Source: Bacteroidaceae bacterium (GTDB lineage Bacteria; Bacteroidota; Bacteroidia; Bacteroidales; Bacteroidaceae). Taken from it: 64,000 bases of DNA. The DNA lies in contig JAFWBM010000031.1 in NCBI GenBank assembly GCA_017507105.1, positions 20,265 to 84,264 on the forward strand. Reading direction: 5' to 3'. Shown here one piece after another: positions 1 to 8,740 of this stretch; within the stretch, counting starts at the first letter, position 1, and each line of letters starts with the position of its first letter. The translations under genes were made by a program, and so were the position numbers. The notes under the pieces are model-generated. The model was not told where the DNA came from and ran no database searches. It worked only from the letters and a program-made list of their open reading frames with translations.

Positions 1-1457
1 TCTTCTAATGAAGCAATCTCGTCTTTGGTTATTTCTGCATACCCTTCGAGTTTCATAGCCTCCTTAAGCTCTTTTAGTATCTTACTGCTTATCATGTCGT
101 AGTTGAAACCACTCTCTTTCAGTTGTTTTTTGAATTTGTCATATTCCTCTTCTTCTATTTCATAGATGTCGGCAGGGGCTATACTGTCGTGCTCGAGGCG
201 ATAGTTTGTTGCAAAGTCAAAGATGTTCATGTCTTGCATGAGGTAATAGAGTAGGGTGGAGAGCTCTTCTCCTTTTGGCTCTACATCGGGGCGTATTCCG
301 CCTCCGTCACGTACTTCGCGTCCGGCTTCTGTGTAGAAGATATTTGTTAGACTGTCGGGTATTCTCTGTACACTTCCATCTTTTTTGCGGTGGCTGTAGT
401 CGAGTGCTTGCACACATCGTCCGCTTGGTATATGGTATTTTGATGTCGTCAGTTTAAGATATCCGTTGCCCGGTAGTGTGCGTGTACTTTGTACTAGTCC
501 TTTGCCGAAAGTGCGTGACCCTACTACAATAGCACGATCCAGGTCCTGTAGTGAGCCGGCAAGTATTTCGGAAGCAGATGCGGTCTGTCCATCAACAAGT
601 ATTATCAGTGGTGAATAGGTGTCTATAGGTTCACGAGTTGTCTTGTACTCTTCATTCGACTTCTTTATCTTGCCCTTGGTGGTTACAATTGTTTTTCCTT
701 TGGGTACAAACAGATTGACAATGTTTACAGACTCTTGCAAGGAACCTCCTCCATTACCGCGTAAATCTATTATGAATGATGTTGCCCCTTTACCTTTCAG
801 TTCTATTATTGCATGGCGCATCTCTTTGGCACAGTTCTCGGTAAAACTGTTGAATCTTATGTATCCTATGCTGTCGCGCAGTATGTTGTAGTAAGGTATT
901 GCCGGCAATGCTATGCTTGCACGTTCAATAGTAATGGTTAATGGTTTCTTTATTCCAGGACGTTCTATTTCGAGGGTTAGTTTTGTTCCAGGTTCTCCAC
1001 GTAGCATGTTGCTTACGCTGTCGGTACTCATCCCCTTTACGTCAATACCGTTGATTTTTGCAATGGCATCGCCTATCTTAAGCCCGGCTTTTGCCGCAGG
1101 CATATTGTCGTATGGATCGGCTATTACTGTTGTTTTTTTATCATTATGGTAGCGTATTACAGAACCAATACCGGCATATTTGCCCGTAATCATCATCTTT
1201 AGTTCATCTGCCTCTTTTTCAGAATAGTATACTGTGTATGGGTCGAGAGTAGCAAGCATGGCGTCTATCCCATTCTTTATTATTTTCTCGGGCATAATGG
1301 TATCTACATAAAAAAGATCCAGCTCTTTTATAACAGAGTTGAATATGCTCAGTTGTTGTGATAATTGAAATTTACGTCTATCGTTATTAAAGGCGAAAAG
1401 AGTAAATATTATAAGTGTTGCTATCGGTAATGTAATGAATAGATTTCTTTTGCGCAT
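1..1457 (-). CDS. S41 family C-terminal processing (tail-specific) peptidase; N-terminal part only, C-terminus lies outside the window
   Basis: The minus-strand frame is open from ATG (1457-1455) to the window edge. It is absent from the ORF track because no stop falls in the window. It has an N-terminal membrane anchor/signal MRKRNLFITLPIATLIIFTLF and a PDZ-like AGLKIGDAIAKINGIDV. The S41 signature DLRGNGGGS (codon D starts at 770) is in frame with the ATG. Confidence 0.85.
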   Translation of the reverse strand, partial: MRKRNLFITLPIATLIIFTLFAFNNDRRKFQLSQQLSIFNSVIKELDLFYVDTIMPEKIIKNGIDAMLATLDPYTVYYSEKEADELKMMITGKYAGIGSVIRYHNDKKTTVIADPYDNMPAAKAGLKIGDAIAKINGIDVKGMSTDSVSNMLRGEPGTKLTLEIERPGIKKPLTITIERASIALPAIPYYNILRDSIGYIRFNSFTENCAKEMRHAIIELKGKGATSFIIDLRGNGGGSLQESVNIVNLFVPKGKTIVTTKGKIKKSNEEYKTTREPIDTYSPLIILVDGQTASASEILAGSLQDLDRAIVVGSRTFGKGLVQSTRTLPGNGYLKLTTSKYHIPSGRCVQALDYSHRKKDGSVQRIPDSLTNIFYTEAGREVRDGGGIRPDVEPKGEELSTLLYYLMQDMNIFDFATNYRLEHDSIAPADIYEIEEEEYDKFKKQLKESGFNYDMISSKILKELKEAMKLEGYAEITKDEIASLE

Positions 1458-1603
1458 ATATAAATGTTGTTGGTTTGATTCTGCGAAGATACACTTTTCG
1501 CTTCTTTTTATGCTGAGTATTGTAGTTATTTTAATGTAAAATTGTCTTTTTTAATGGAAAATGTATGTAAGTTGTCTGTTTTATAAAAAAAAACAGTAAA
1601 ATT

Positions 1604-1635
1604 TTTGCATGGTTGAAAAACTTATACTACTTTTG
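1604..1635 (+). promoter_or_regulatory. Bacteroidetes sigma-A type promoter (-33 TTTG / -7 TAnnTTTG) for the tRNA-Asn pair
   Basis: TTTG at 1604-1607, a 20-nt spacer, then TACTTTTG at 1628-1635. This lies 29 nt upstream of the first tRNA. Confidence 0.5.
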
Positions 1636-1663
1636 CAACGTCAAACGAGAAACACTCGAAAAT

Positions 1664-1737
1664 TCTTCAGTAGCTCAGTCGGTTAGAGCACCTGACTGTT
1701 AATCAGGGGGTCGTAGGTTCAAGTCCTACCTGAAGAG
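1664..1737 (+). tRNA. tRNA-Asn (anticodon GTT)
   Basis: Hand-folded cloverleaf of 74 nt. Acceptor TCTTCAG/CTGAAGA, D stem GCTC/GAGC, anticodon stem CCTGA/TCAGG with loop CTGTTAA, T arm GTAGG-TTCAAGT-CCTAC, discriminator G. CCA is not encoded. Confidence 0.95.
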
Positions 1738-1794
1738 CAACCGATGATTGTTTTAGGACAGTTAAAAGTATATAGAGTTTTTTCGTTGATGAAT

Positions 1795-1868
1795 TCTTCA
1801 GTAGCTCAGTCGGTTAGAGCACCTGACTGTTAATCAGGGGGTCGTAGGTTCAAGTCCTACCTGAAGAG
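1795..1868 (+). tRNA. tRNA-Asn (anticodon GTT), second identical copy
   Basis: The sequence is identical to 1664-1737 and is separated from it by a 57-nt spacer. Confidence 0.95.
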
Positions 1869-1871
1869 CAA

Positions 1872-1899
1872 ATCGAGCAATTTTTGCTCGATTTTTTTT
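1872..1899 (+). terminator. Rho-independent terminator after the tRNA pair
   Basis: Stem ATCGAGCAA / TTGCTCGAT with a 3-nt loop, followed by a run of 7 T (1893-1899). Confidence 0.8.
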
Positions 1900-2011
1900 A
1901 TATATCTATAATAAGTGGCTTGGGCTAGGTTGATCATCGACCAGCCTGCTGAATCTGTGGCTAAGCAAAAGTTTGGTCAATCCAGTAGAAGAGTAACTGT
2001 TCACAAGCGAT

Positions 2012-2055
2012 GTAGTGCCCCCAAAAGTTTAGATCTAAACTTTTGGGGGCACTAC
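2012..2055 (-). terminator. Long perfect hairpin downstream of the ECF-sigma operon (putative terminator)
   Basis: 19-bp perfect arms GTAGTGCCCCCAAAAGTTT / AAACTTTTGGGGGCACTAC around a 6-nt AGATCT loop. It sits 38 nt past the stop of the 2093-3001 gene. Confidence 0.6.
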
Positions 2056-2092
2056 ATAATTGAGTCCTAAATATTAATTCAGCGATGCTGTT

Positions 2093-3001
2093 TTAGAATC
2101 CCATCTGTATTCCAGCTGACATAGAACGGAACTCTGGTCCTTTGCCTTTGCTAATGACATTCGAAGGAGAGTATTTAAAATAAAGAGAGAATGGTCTTAT
2201 GTATACTAATCCTTTTATATCTAATGTTACAGGACTCTGATGTATGTTGTATTGACGTTCTTTGCCGGGCACTCCATCTACACTCCATCGTGTCTTGATG
2301 TTACCTCCTGTATTGAAGTTTACTATGGGGCCTACTCCTACACCCAAATATTTGGTAAACTTGTGCTTGTATATCATTGATAATGTAAGGCTGAAGATTT
2401 TTATACGCGAGAAGTCTATGTTGGCCCCTTCTGGATAATTGTCAAGTATTATCTCATTCTGCTTTTTTACAAAACGCTTACTGCCTGTCATGCGGTAGTT
2501 ACGCCAATTCAAACCAAATCCCCAATCAATATAGCTTTTGCGTGTAATGTGATATTCTACACTTATTAATTCATCTAAAATAAATTCGTAAGAGCCGTTA
2601 CTGAACGATAGGTCTACACCGTTACTTTGACCTGTGGCGCTTACAACGCCGAATCCGAAACGGAGGTCCATCGTGTAATTTGAATGTGGACGGAATGGTT
2701 TGTTTGCCTTATGCTTTTTCTCTCCTAAGAATGGAATTTTAAAGTCCCAATTTTGAATCTCTTTTAGTTTTGAACTGCTGTTCGAATACTCCTTCTCTAT
2801 TGAATAGCTATACTTGTCATCTCCTTCCTTGCCGTATACTTCAATGGTTATATACCCCTCTCCATCAGTTACACGTACCTCCTTAGGCTTTATTATAACG
2901 AGTGTGCTATCCTTTGATACTGCAGTGCTGTCAGTGGGTGTTGCAAACATCGATGTAATGCATGTTGTTGCAATGATTGCTGTTAGTAGTGTTGTTTTCA
3001 T
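2093..3001 (-). CDS. Putative outer-membrane beta-barrel protein, function unknown
   Basis: 302-aa ORF with signal peptide MKTTLLTAIIATTCITSMFA. It is aromatic/Gly-rich with an alternating pattern and ends ...AGIQMGF with a terminal Phe, as in OM beta-barrels. It is the last gene of the sigma/anti-sigma cassette. Confidence 0.65.
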   Translation of the reverse strand: MKTTLLTAIIATTCITSMFATPTDSTAVSKDSTLVIIKPKEVRVTDGEGYITIEVYGKEGDDKYSYSIEKEYSNSSSKLKEIQNWDFKIPFLGEKKHKANKPFRPHSNYTMDLRFGFGVVSATGQSNGVDLSFSNGSYEFILDELISVEYHITRKSYIDWGFGLNWRNYRMTGSKRFVKKQNEIILDNYPEGANIDFSRIKIFSLTLSMIYKHKFTKYLGVGVGPIVNFNTGGNIKTRWSVDGVPGKERQYNIHQSPVTLDIKGLVYIRPFSLYFKYSPSNVISKGKGPEFRSMSAGIQMGF

Positions 3002-3018
3002 ATTATTGTATTTTATTA

Positions 3019-3459
3019 TTAGCGAAACATCCTTTTTAGTTCTTCTAAAGTGGGATAGCCTTCCATGTATACCACTGTCATTTCATCAGGTTCATCTTCA
3101 CGTAGTGAACTGTTGCGGTAGAAAATATATCTGTATTTGTCTTCTATTGGCTCGAACAAGAAGAAACCGTAATAGAGTTTACCGTTTATATAGCCACACT
3201 CCTTATCAATGGCGGTCTGACTGTCAGTTGTTACAGCTTGCTCTATCTTTTGAAATGTGCTGTCGTTATTGGTCGTTATACTACGGAACAGTGTCAGGTT
3301 ATAATCTTTCAGACTTTTGCCTGTAATGTGCGTATATGTACATATCCCTTTCCACTCTTTAATGCTTTTGAATACCGATGATATCTCAAGACCATCCTGT
3401 GCTTTTGACAGAGTGAATGTTGTGATTGTTAATATTATGGCTATTATATACCTTTTCAT
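3019..3459 (-). CDS. Small secreted/periplasmic protein of unknown function
   Basis: 146-aa ORF with signal peptide MKRYIIAIILTITTFTLSKAQ. Its start is 4 nt after the upstream stop, and the next gene starts 17 nt after its stop. I recognise no catalytic motif. Confidence 0.7.
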   Translation of the reverse strand: MKRYIIAIILTITTFTLSKAQDGLEISSVFKSIKEWKGICTYTHITGKSLKDYNLTLFRSITTNNDSTFQKIEQAVTTDSQTAIDKECGYINGKLYYGFFLFEPIEDKYRYIFYRNSSLREDEPDEMTVVYMEGYPTLEELKRMFR

Positions 3460-3463
3460 ATAT

Positions 3464-3976
3464 TTACTCTCTTTTGTTTCTTTCTACTGTGGTATCTTCG
3501 TTGTATACGCATCTGAAGAAGTTTCCTAACTGCTGTTCTATGGTGTTCTCTTCGATGTTGTGTCCTATGTGAGCTAATGCCTTGTGCATCTCTGTCAATA
3601 CAATTTTTTCATCATTATAGTATTTCCCATCTATGTATGCTATACATATGTTTTTGTTGTCGTTTACACTTTTCCATACTCCAAACCCTATTATAATTGT
3701 TATAATGGCTGCTGCACTGTATCGTATAAAATTACCAAATGGTCTTATTCTATTCTGTTGCTTGTTACCTTTCCTTTTTATATTTTTCCCGGTAGCAATG
3801 TATCCCATTACAGCTTTTATCTCGTTAAAGCATGGAAGATTCGATTCTTCGCTGGTTAGGAAGTGACGCAGTGCCAACTCCTCCTCTTCGGTTGTTTCCG
3901 CCTCGAAGTATAGCTCTACTATATTCATCCACTCTTCTGTGGTGAGTCGTTGCTTAATTTTTTCTTCTCTTTTCAT
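3464..3976 (-). CDS. Putative anti-sigma factor (single-pass membrane protein)
   Basis: 170-aa ORF. Its ATG (3976-3974) overlaps the sigma-factor TGA (3975-3973) as ATGA. It has one central TM segment, YSAAAIITIIIGFGVW. The call rests on its position directly after an ECF sigma gene. Confidence 0.55.
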   Translation of the reverse strand: MKREEKIKQRLTTEEWMNIVELYFEAETTEEEELALRHFLTSEESNLPCFNEIKAVMGYIATGKNIKRKGNKQQNRIRPFGNFIRYSAAAIITIIIGFGVWKSVNDNKNICIAYIDGKYYNDEKIVLTEMHKALAHIGHNIEENTIEQQLGNFFRCVYNEDTTVERNKRE

Positions 3977-4464
3977 ATAGTACTTCTTTTACGGTAACAT
4001 TCTCTTATCTTCTTTCTTGCTCTTGAGAGTTGCATCCTTACTGCTGTCGGCTGCATGTTAAGCCTGGTTGCTATTGCTTCGAGAGTCTCTCCTCTATATT
4101 CCTTGCTTTCTAGAATATCCTTTTGCTGTGGGGTGAGTTCTTTATTTATTATCTCTTCTACTTCGTTAAATAGTTCCTCTTTACTATTGTCATCATCGTC
4201 GTATGTGTCGTGCTCTTCATTAATGCTTACTGTCTTTATCTTTCGCTTACGGTGTTTGTCTATAAGTAAGTTTCTTAGTGTTGTTACTGTAAGCGCTTCT
4301 GCCTCTCTATTACTCTCTATCCTATCTCGTTGCGGCCATAAACGACAGAAGGTATCTTGTAACGCATCGTCGGCTTCATTGCTGTCCGCTGCATAGTGTG
4401 TTGCCAATTGAAGTAACTTTCTTCGCATGGCAGTGAACGTGGATACGAGTATCTCTTCACTCAT
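3973..4464 (-). CDS. ECF-type RNA polymerase sigma-70 family factor
   Basis: 163 aa. Region-2-like ...LRNLLIDKHRKRK and a region-4 HTH ETLEAIATRLNMQPTAVRMQLSRARKKI. Confidence 0.85.
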   Translation of the reverse strand: MSEEILVSTFTAMRRKLLQLATHYAADSNEADDALQDTFCRLWPQRDRIESNREAEALTVTTLRNLLIDKHRKRKIKTVSINEEHDTYDDDDNSKEELFNEVEEIINKELTPQQKDILESKEYRGETLEAIATRLNMQPTAVRMQLSRARKKIRECYRKRSTI

Positions 4465-4552
4465 TTTGTCGTTTGTGTTTATTTCTGTTTCTATTATGTA
4501 AAACGAAAAGATGTTGCAAGTGTAACATCTTTTTCCTGTTTTTTCGTTTATA

Positions 4553-4596
4553 AATTATGGCGTTGTACCAAATTTTCTTGGTACAACGCCATAATT
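4553..4596 (-). terminator. Perfect hairpin terminator downstream of the PpiD-like gene
   Basis: 19-bp arms AATTATGGCGTTGTACCAA / TTGGTACAACGCCATAATT with a 6-nt loop, 20 nt past the stop at 4616. A second, weaker hairpin AAAGATGTT...AACATCTTT lies at 4507-4532. Confidence 0.7.
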
Positions 4597-4615
4597 TGTT
4601 TTGTTATTTATTCTA

Positions 4616-6757
4616 TTAGAAATAGAGATATCTGTTGTCCTCTACGTTCGCCTTCTCAATAAGGTCTCTCATAAAGGTCTGGCTTGCTACTCGTTGAGCA
4701 TTGGTCTTGAGTGTAGTCTCTTCGCTTGTTGCGTTAAATTCACCGCCTTTGCTGTTCTTTGCTGTGAGTTTGAGAACGTACACACCTGCTGTACCTTTGA
4801 CAGGAGCGCTTACTTCACCGGGCTGTAGTTTGGTTACTGCTGCGCAGATAGCGGGCTCACTTGTGCTTGTTGAGCTGATGTATGCAGGTGCTGTGAAACT
4901 TATACGTTTTACGTTATCTGATTTTACTGCTGCAATGCTTGAAAGCTCATCGAAGTTCTTACCTTTAATCTCGGCCATTATCTTCTCGGCTTTCTTTTCA
5001 TTCATAGCCTTTGCTCTTGTTATAGCATTCAACTGCTCCTTTGAGGCATAACCCTTTTCGTTTACATTGTTAAGTGCTATTACAAGAAGATTGTCGCTGT
5101 TTCCACATTCGTACAGAGGAGAAACCTGGCCAGCTTCTGCCTGACTGAACAACCAACGTACTGCTTCACGTGTACCGGCAATGTTTGCAATGCCATATGT
5201 GTTGTTGTATAAGTCATTGGCTGTCATTACGCGGTAGTTATACTCCTCGGCATTTTTCTGAAGATCCTCAATGTTATTGCAAGATGCAACAAATTGGCTG
5301 AAGTTATTGTAAGCCTCGTCGTATGTCTCCTTGCTAAATTCAGAGACGCGCTTGATTACAAATACGTTATATTTAGTTTCCGGGTTCTTTCTGTCAATTA
5401 CTTGATAGATGATTTTTGAAGCCTCATTTTCGAGTGCAAGTACATTGTACTCGCCTTTCTTGCCGTTAAGAAGTGCTTTTGCATACTCGAGATTGTCACC
5501 TATCATGGGGTAGCCCTCGTACATTGCTGATGTCAACCAAAGTGAGTCTGACTGTGCCTGACCCAAGTCTGTTGCAACTTGCTTGAAGTCTGAGCCTCTC
5601 TTCTTGAGTATTGACATGATGCTGTCAGTCATTGCGGCTGTTCTCTCTGCGCTCTCGCTGCTGATAAAGAGTGTACGATAGAGTATAGAGTCGGCTACAG
5701 TCTCCTTGCCCATATATTTGTATACAGTATATGAGTCATCCGACTGATTGTACATAGGACCTACTACCTCATTCTCCTTTGCGCTCTCGAGCTGTAACTG
5801 TACCTCTTCGGGATATGCATCCTTGGCCCATGCTAAAACTGAGTAGGGTACTGTGCTGTTAGAGATGCGTGCCATAGTTGCGTAGTCCTCGTCACCAGCT
5901 CTTAATGAGTCGGCATATGCAGCCAATTCACTCTTAAGCTCTTCACGGTCTTTTGCACTGGGTGTCACCTTGTGACTAACATATTTAATGCTGCGGCTCT
6001 CGAACATTTGACGATATGTCTCTTTAATCTCATCGTATGCCTTGTTGAGTTCGCTGTTGTTTACAGTGATAGTAGAGTCGGCAATAGCATTGTAAGGATA
6101 CACCTTAAGCTCGACATCGTAAGTCTCGTTGTTGCTGTTGTATGCATTCTGTGCTACAACGGGGTTTGAAACGAATGAGTTTGAAAGTAATGTGTAGTAT
6201 TTCTGGATAAGTGCACTCTGCATAATGCTTTTCTCCATGAATTTCCAACACTCGTAGAAAGGTTGGCTCTGCTGTACAAAATTGATATCGTGCTTGTTCT
6301 CCTCGTACTGTGCAAGAAAGTTACTCAATATATCAAAATCAAATTTGCCCTGCTCGTTGTTGAAGATGGGGAACTGTCTGAAAATTGGATGCTCGCCTTT
6401 CTTGGCTATATCGATAAGCTCGGCTGCAGTGACTGTAAGTCCCAATTTGTCGGCCTCGGTCTTGATTACCTGATATTGGATATAGGTGTTCCATACCTCG
6501 TCCTTAATTCTGTTTAGCTCGTACTCGCTCAATGTGTTACCGTTTCTAACGAGCTTATAGACATTTGATTGTTCTTCGTACATCTGTTGGAAATCAACAG
6601 CTGATAACTCTTCATTGTTAACGCTACCAACAGACTGTGAACCCTGAGGAGTTTGGAAAATTCTCAATGCGTCACCTGCAACGAATGCAAGAAGTGCAAG
6701 ACCTACAAATATTATGAGTAGGGGACCTGCGTTACGCAATTTTTGTAGTGTGGCCAT
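4616..6757 (-). CDS. PpiD-like periplasmic chaperone / peptidyl-prolyl isomerase (SurA N-terminal domain family)
   Basis: 713 aa. The N-terminus MATLQKLRNAGPLLIIFVGLALLAFVAG (single TM anchor) and the overall length are typical of Bacteroidetes PpiD-like proteins. Confidence 0.75.
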   Translation of the reverse strand: MATLQKLRNAGPLLIIFVGLALLAFVAGDALRIFQTPQGSQSVGSVNNEELSAVDFQQMYEEQSNVYKLVRNGNTLSEYELNRIKDEVWNTYIQYQVIKTEADKLGLTVTAAELIDIAKKGEHPIFRQFPIFNNEQGKFDFDILSNFLAQYEENKHDINFVQQSQPFYECWKFMEKSIMQSALIQKYYTLLSNSFVSNPVVAQNAYNSNNETYDVELKVYPYNAIADSTITVNNSELNKAYDEIKETYRQMFESRSIKYVSHKVTPSAKDREELKSELAAYADSLRAGDEDYATMARISNSTVPYSVLAWAKDAYPEEVQLQLESAKENEVVGPMYNQSDDSYTVYKYMGKETVADSILYRTLFISSESAERTAAMTDSIMSILKKRGSDFKQVATDLGQAQSDSLWLTSAMYEGYPMIGDNLEYAKALLNGKKGEYNVLALENEASKIIYQVIDRKNPETKYNVFVIKRVSEFSKETYDEAYNNFSQFVASCNNIEDLQKNAEEYNYRVMTANDLYNNTYGIANIAGTREAVRWLFSQAEAGQVSPLYECGNSDNLLVIALNNVNEKGYASKEQLNAITRAKAMNEKKAEKIMAEIKGKNFDELSSIAAVKSDNVKRISFTAPAYISSTSTSEPAICAAVTKLQPGEVSAPVKGTAGVYVLKLTAKNSKGGEFNATSEETTLKTNAQRVASQTFMRDLIEKANVEDNRYLYF

Positions 6758-6886
6758 AGTTTTTTTATTTTTTTCTAATTTATTTATTCGTTATTTTCAA
6801 ATTAAACGCGACAAAGATAGTAAAATGCTTTTGATTTCCTATAATATTGTAACAAAAAATATCTTTGTGCAGTACCTGAATATCTT

Positions 6887-8149
6887 TTATTCAATCACTT
6901 TGAGTTTTATCAACTCAATTTTCATACTTCGTTTTTTCAATGTCTGTATCTGGAACTTATCTATGGTTATTGTCTCATTGAGTTGTGGGAATCGTTGGTG
7001 AAATGCCAAAATGAATCCTCCGATTGTCTGGTATTCATCCGATTCAGGAATGTCCAAATTGAACATTTCGTTTACCCGCTCAACTTCAAGACGTCCCGAT
7101 AGCAGATACTCGTTGTTGCCTAATTCTCTAGCGGTATGTTGGGTGTTGTCGTGCTCGTCTTCAATCTCTCCTATGATCTCTTCGAGCAGGTCTTCTAAGG
7201 ATATTATACCCGATGTGCCACCAAACTCATCTACTACAACAGCAAGGGATTTTTTCTGTTGCATCAGGGTGCGCATTAGCTTTTGTGCCGACAGTGTTTC
7301 GGGTACAATCGGCATTTTACATATTCGTTGTTGCCAATGGTTCTCACTGCGGAATAGTTCCGAGGAGTGTATGTATCCTATTATGTTATCTATGTTATCT
7401 TTATATACGACAATCTTGGAATGTCCCGACTCGATGAACAGTGATTTTAGCTCTTCAATAGGAGCTGTTACCTCCACAGCATCAATCTCCGTACGTGGTA
7501 TATAGCAGTCGCGTACCTTAATATCAGAGAAGTCCAAAGCGTTTTGGAATATCCTAACGTCATTGTCGATCTCTTCCTCTTCGGTTGCACTTTCTATGCT
7601 GTCCTGAATAAGGCTGTTGAGCTCTGTCTTGCTGAATGTTGTATCTCGAGTTTCCTTATTTATCTTAATATTGAATATCCTCAGTATCAGGCATGATACC
7701 CATGTGGTAAAACGTGCTAATGGATAAAGCAAGATGTATAGAGGATACATTACAAGTGCAAAACGCTTGAGTGTACTATTGGGATTGAGCCTGAAGATGG
7801 ACTTGGGTATAAATTCTCCGGTAAAGATTATTATTATGGTAGATATAAGTGTCTCCAATAACAATCTTATTGATGTTGATGATGTGATATATGGTAGTAT
7901 TGTGGCATTAAGAAGCTCTGCCATCAGAATACCGTATATTACAAGTACTATATTGTTTCCTACAAGTAGGCTCGAAACAAAATTGTTACTGTTAGAGTAA
8001 TATTTCTCAATTACGAATGATGTTATAGTGCGGCTGTTGAGGTCTATTCCAAGCAATAACTTGTTGGATGAGACAAAAGCTATCTCCATGCCCGAGAAGA
8101 GGGCCGAGAATAGTATTACTACGATTAGCAGAAGTATTGTGGTAGTCAT
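6887..8149 (-). CDS. CNNM(DUF21)/CBS-pair/CorC-HlyC family membrane protein (hemolysin family, GldE-like)
   Basis: 420 aa. N-terminal multi-TM domain MTTTILLLIVVILFSALFSGMEIAFVSSNK, then a CBS-type region and a C-terminal CorC_HlyC-like region (GRLEVERVNEMFNLDIPESDEYQTIGGFIL). Confidence 0.8.
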   Translation of the reverse strand: MTTTILLLIVVILFSALFSGMEIAFVSSNKLLLGIDLNSRTITSFVIEKYYSNSNNFVSSLLVGNNIVLVIYGILMAELLNATILPYITSSTSIRLLLETLISTIIIIFTGEFIPKSIFRLNPNSTLKRFALVMYPLYILLYPLARFTTWVSCLILRIFNIKINKETRDTTFSKTELNSLIQDSIESATEEEEIDNDVRIFQNALDFSDIKVRDCYIPRTEIDAVEVTAPIEELKSLFIESGHSKIVVYKDNIDNIIGYIHSSELFRSENHWQQRICKMPIVPETLSAQKLMRTLMQQKKSLAVVVDEFGGTSGIISLEDLLEEIIGEIEDEHDNTQHTARELGNNEYLLSGRLEVERVNEMFNLDIPESDEYQTIGGFILAFHQRFPQLNETITIDKFQIQTLKKRSMKIELIKLKVIE

Positions 8150-8155
8150 TGTATT

Positions 8156-8740
8156 TTATTCGTCAATAGGGTATATTCCGGTTGTATTGAGAATCTCCCA
8201 ATTTGTCATGTCCTGATTGGATGAGAATCCTACACCCTCTGTTATTCTGTCGCTTTGTTCAATCCTTATGTGACTGTCCGAGTATATGCGTCCACTGTCT
8301 ACGCTCCATAGTAATTTGTCGGTGTATATCTTTTCGCCTTTTTGGTTACTTATCCTGATATTACCCAATAGTTTCCATAGTGACAACTTGTCGTAGTAGT
8401 AACCTGTATCACTTCGCAGCGTGGTTTCTACCCTTAGACTATCGTCGTATTTTTCAAGGTATATGCCTTTTTCAAATGCCCAATACGAGGGTTTGCGCCT
8501 GTCGTACATCAGCCACTCTTCGGCCTCGACCTTGTAGCTTATGTGACCTGAGTCGCTTATAATTGTGCTTACTCCGTATGTGCTCATGAATGCTATGGAG
8601 TCGGCTTCTTCGGGTGCCACTGATGTTCCCTTAGGTTCGTTGCTGCATCCGAAAAGATAAAATAGTACAACTATCGCCCATGAAGCGATAGTTGTACATT
8701 TATGTGCGTTGTGTTTGTTAACGAACTGTTGTAGTCTCAT
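8156..8740 (-). CDS. lptC: LPS export periplasmic protein LptC-like
   Basis: 194 aa with N-terminal anchor and lipobox-like FYLFGCSN. It has an OstA/LptC-like beta-rich sequence, and its position between the TPR and CNNM genes matches what I recall from other Bacteroidales genomes. Its start overlaps the upstream gene by 23 nt. Confidence 0.6.
   Translation of the reverse strand: MRLQQFVNKHNAHKCTTIASWAIVVLFYLFGCSNEPKGTSVAPEEADSIAFMSTYGVSTIISDSGHISYKVEAEEWLMYDRRKPSYWAFEKGIYLEKYDDSLRVETTLRSDTGYYYDKLSLWKLLGNIRISNQKGEKIYTDKLLWSVDSGRIYSDSHIRIEQSDRITEGVGFSSNQDMTNWEILNTTGIYPIDE

Noticed and set aside
275-1152. Three plus-strand ORFs of 60-90 aa (275-457, 619-891, 913-1152).
   Set aside because: They lie antisense inside the continuous minus-strand S41 peptidase frame. 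That frame has clear family motifs. The translations of the three ORFs are low-complexity and motif-free, so I treat them as shadow ORFs.
1869-2092. Region downstream of the tRNA-Asn pair as a possible integration site or remnant of a mobile element.
   Set aside because: No integrase or transposase ORF is present. I saw no partial direct repeat of the tRNA 3' end. Only terminator hairpins are present.
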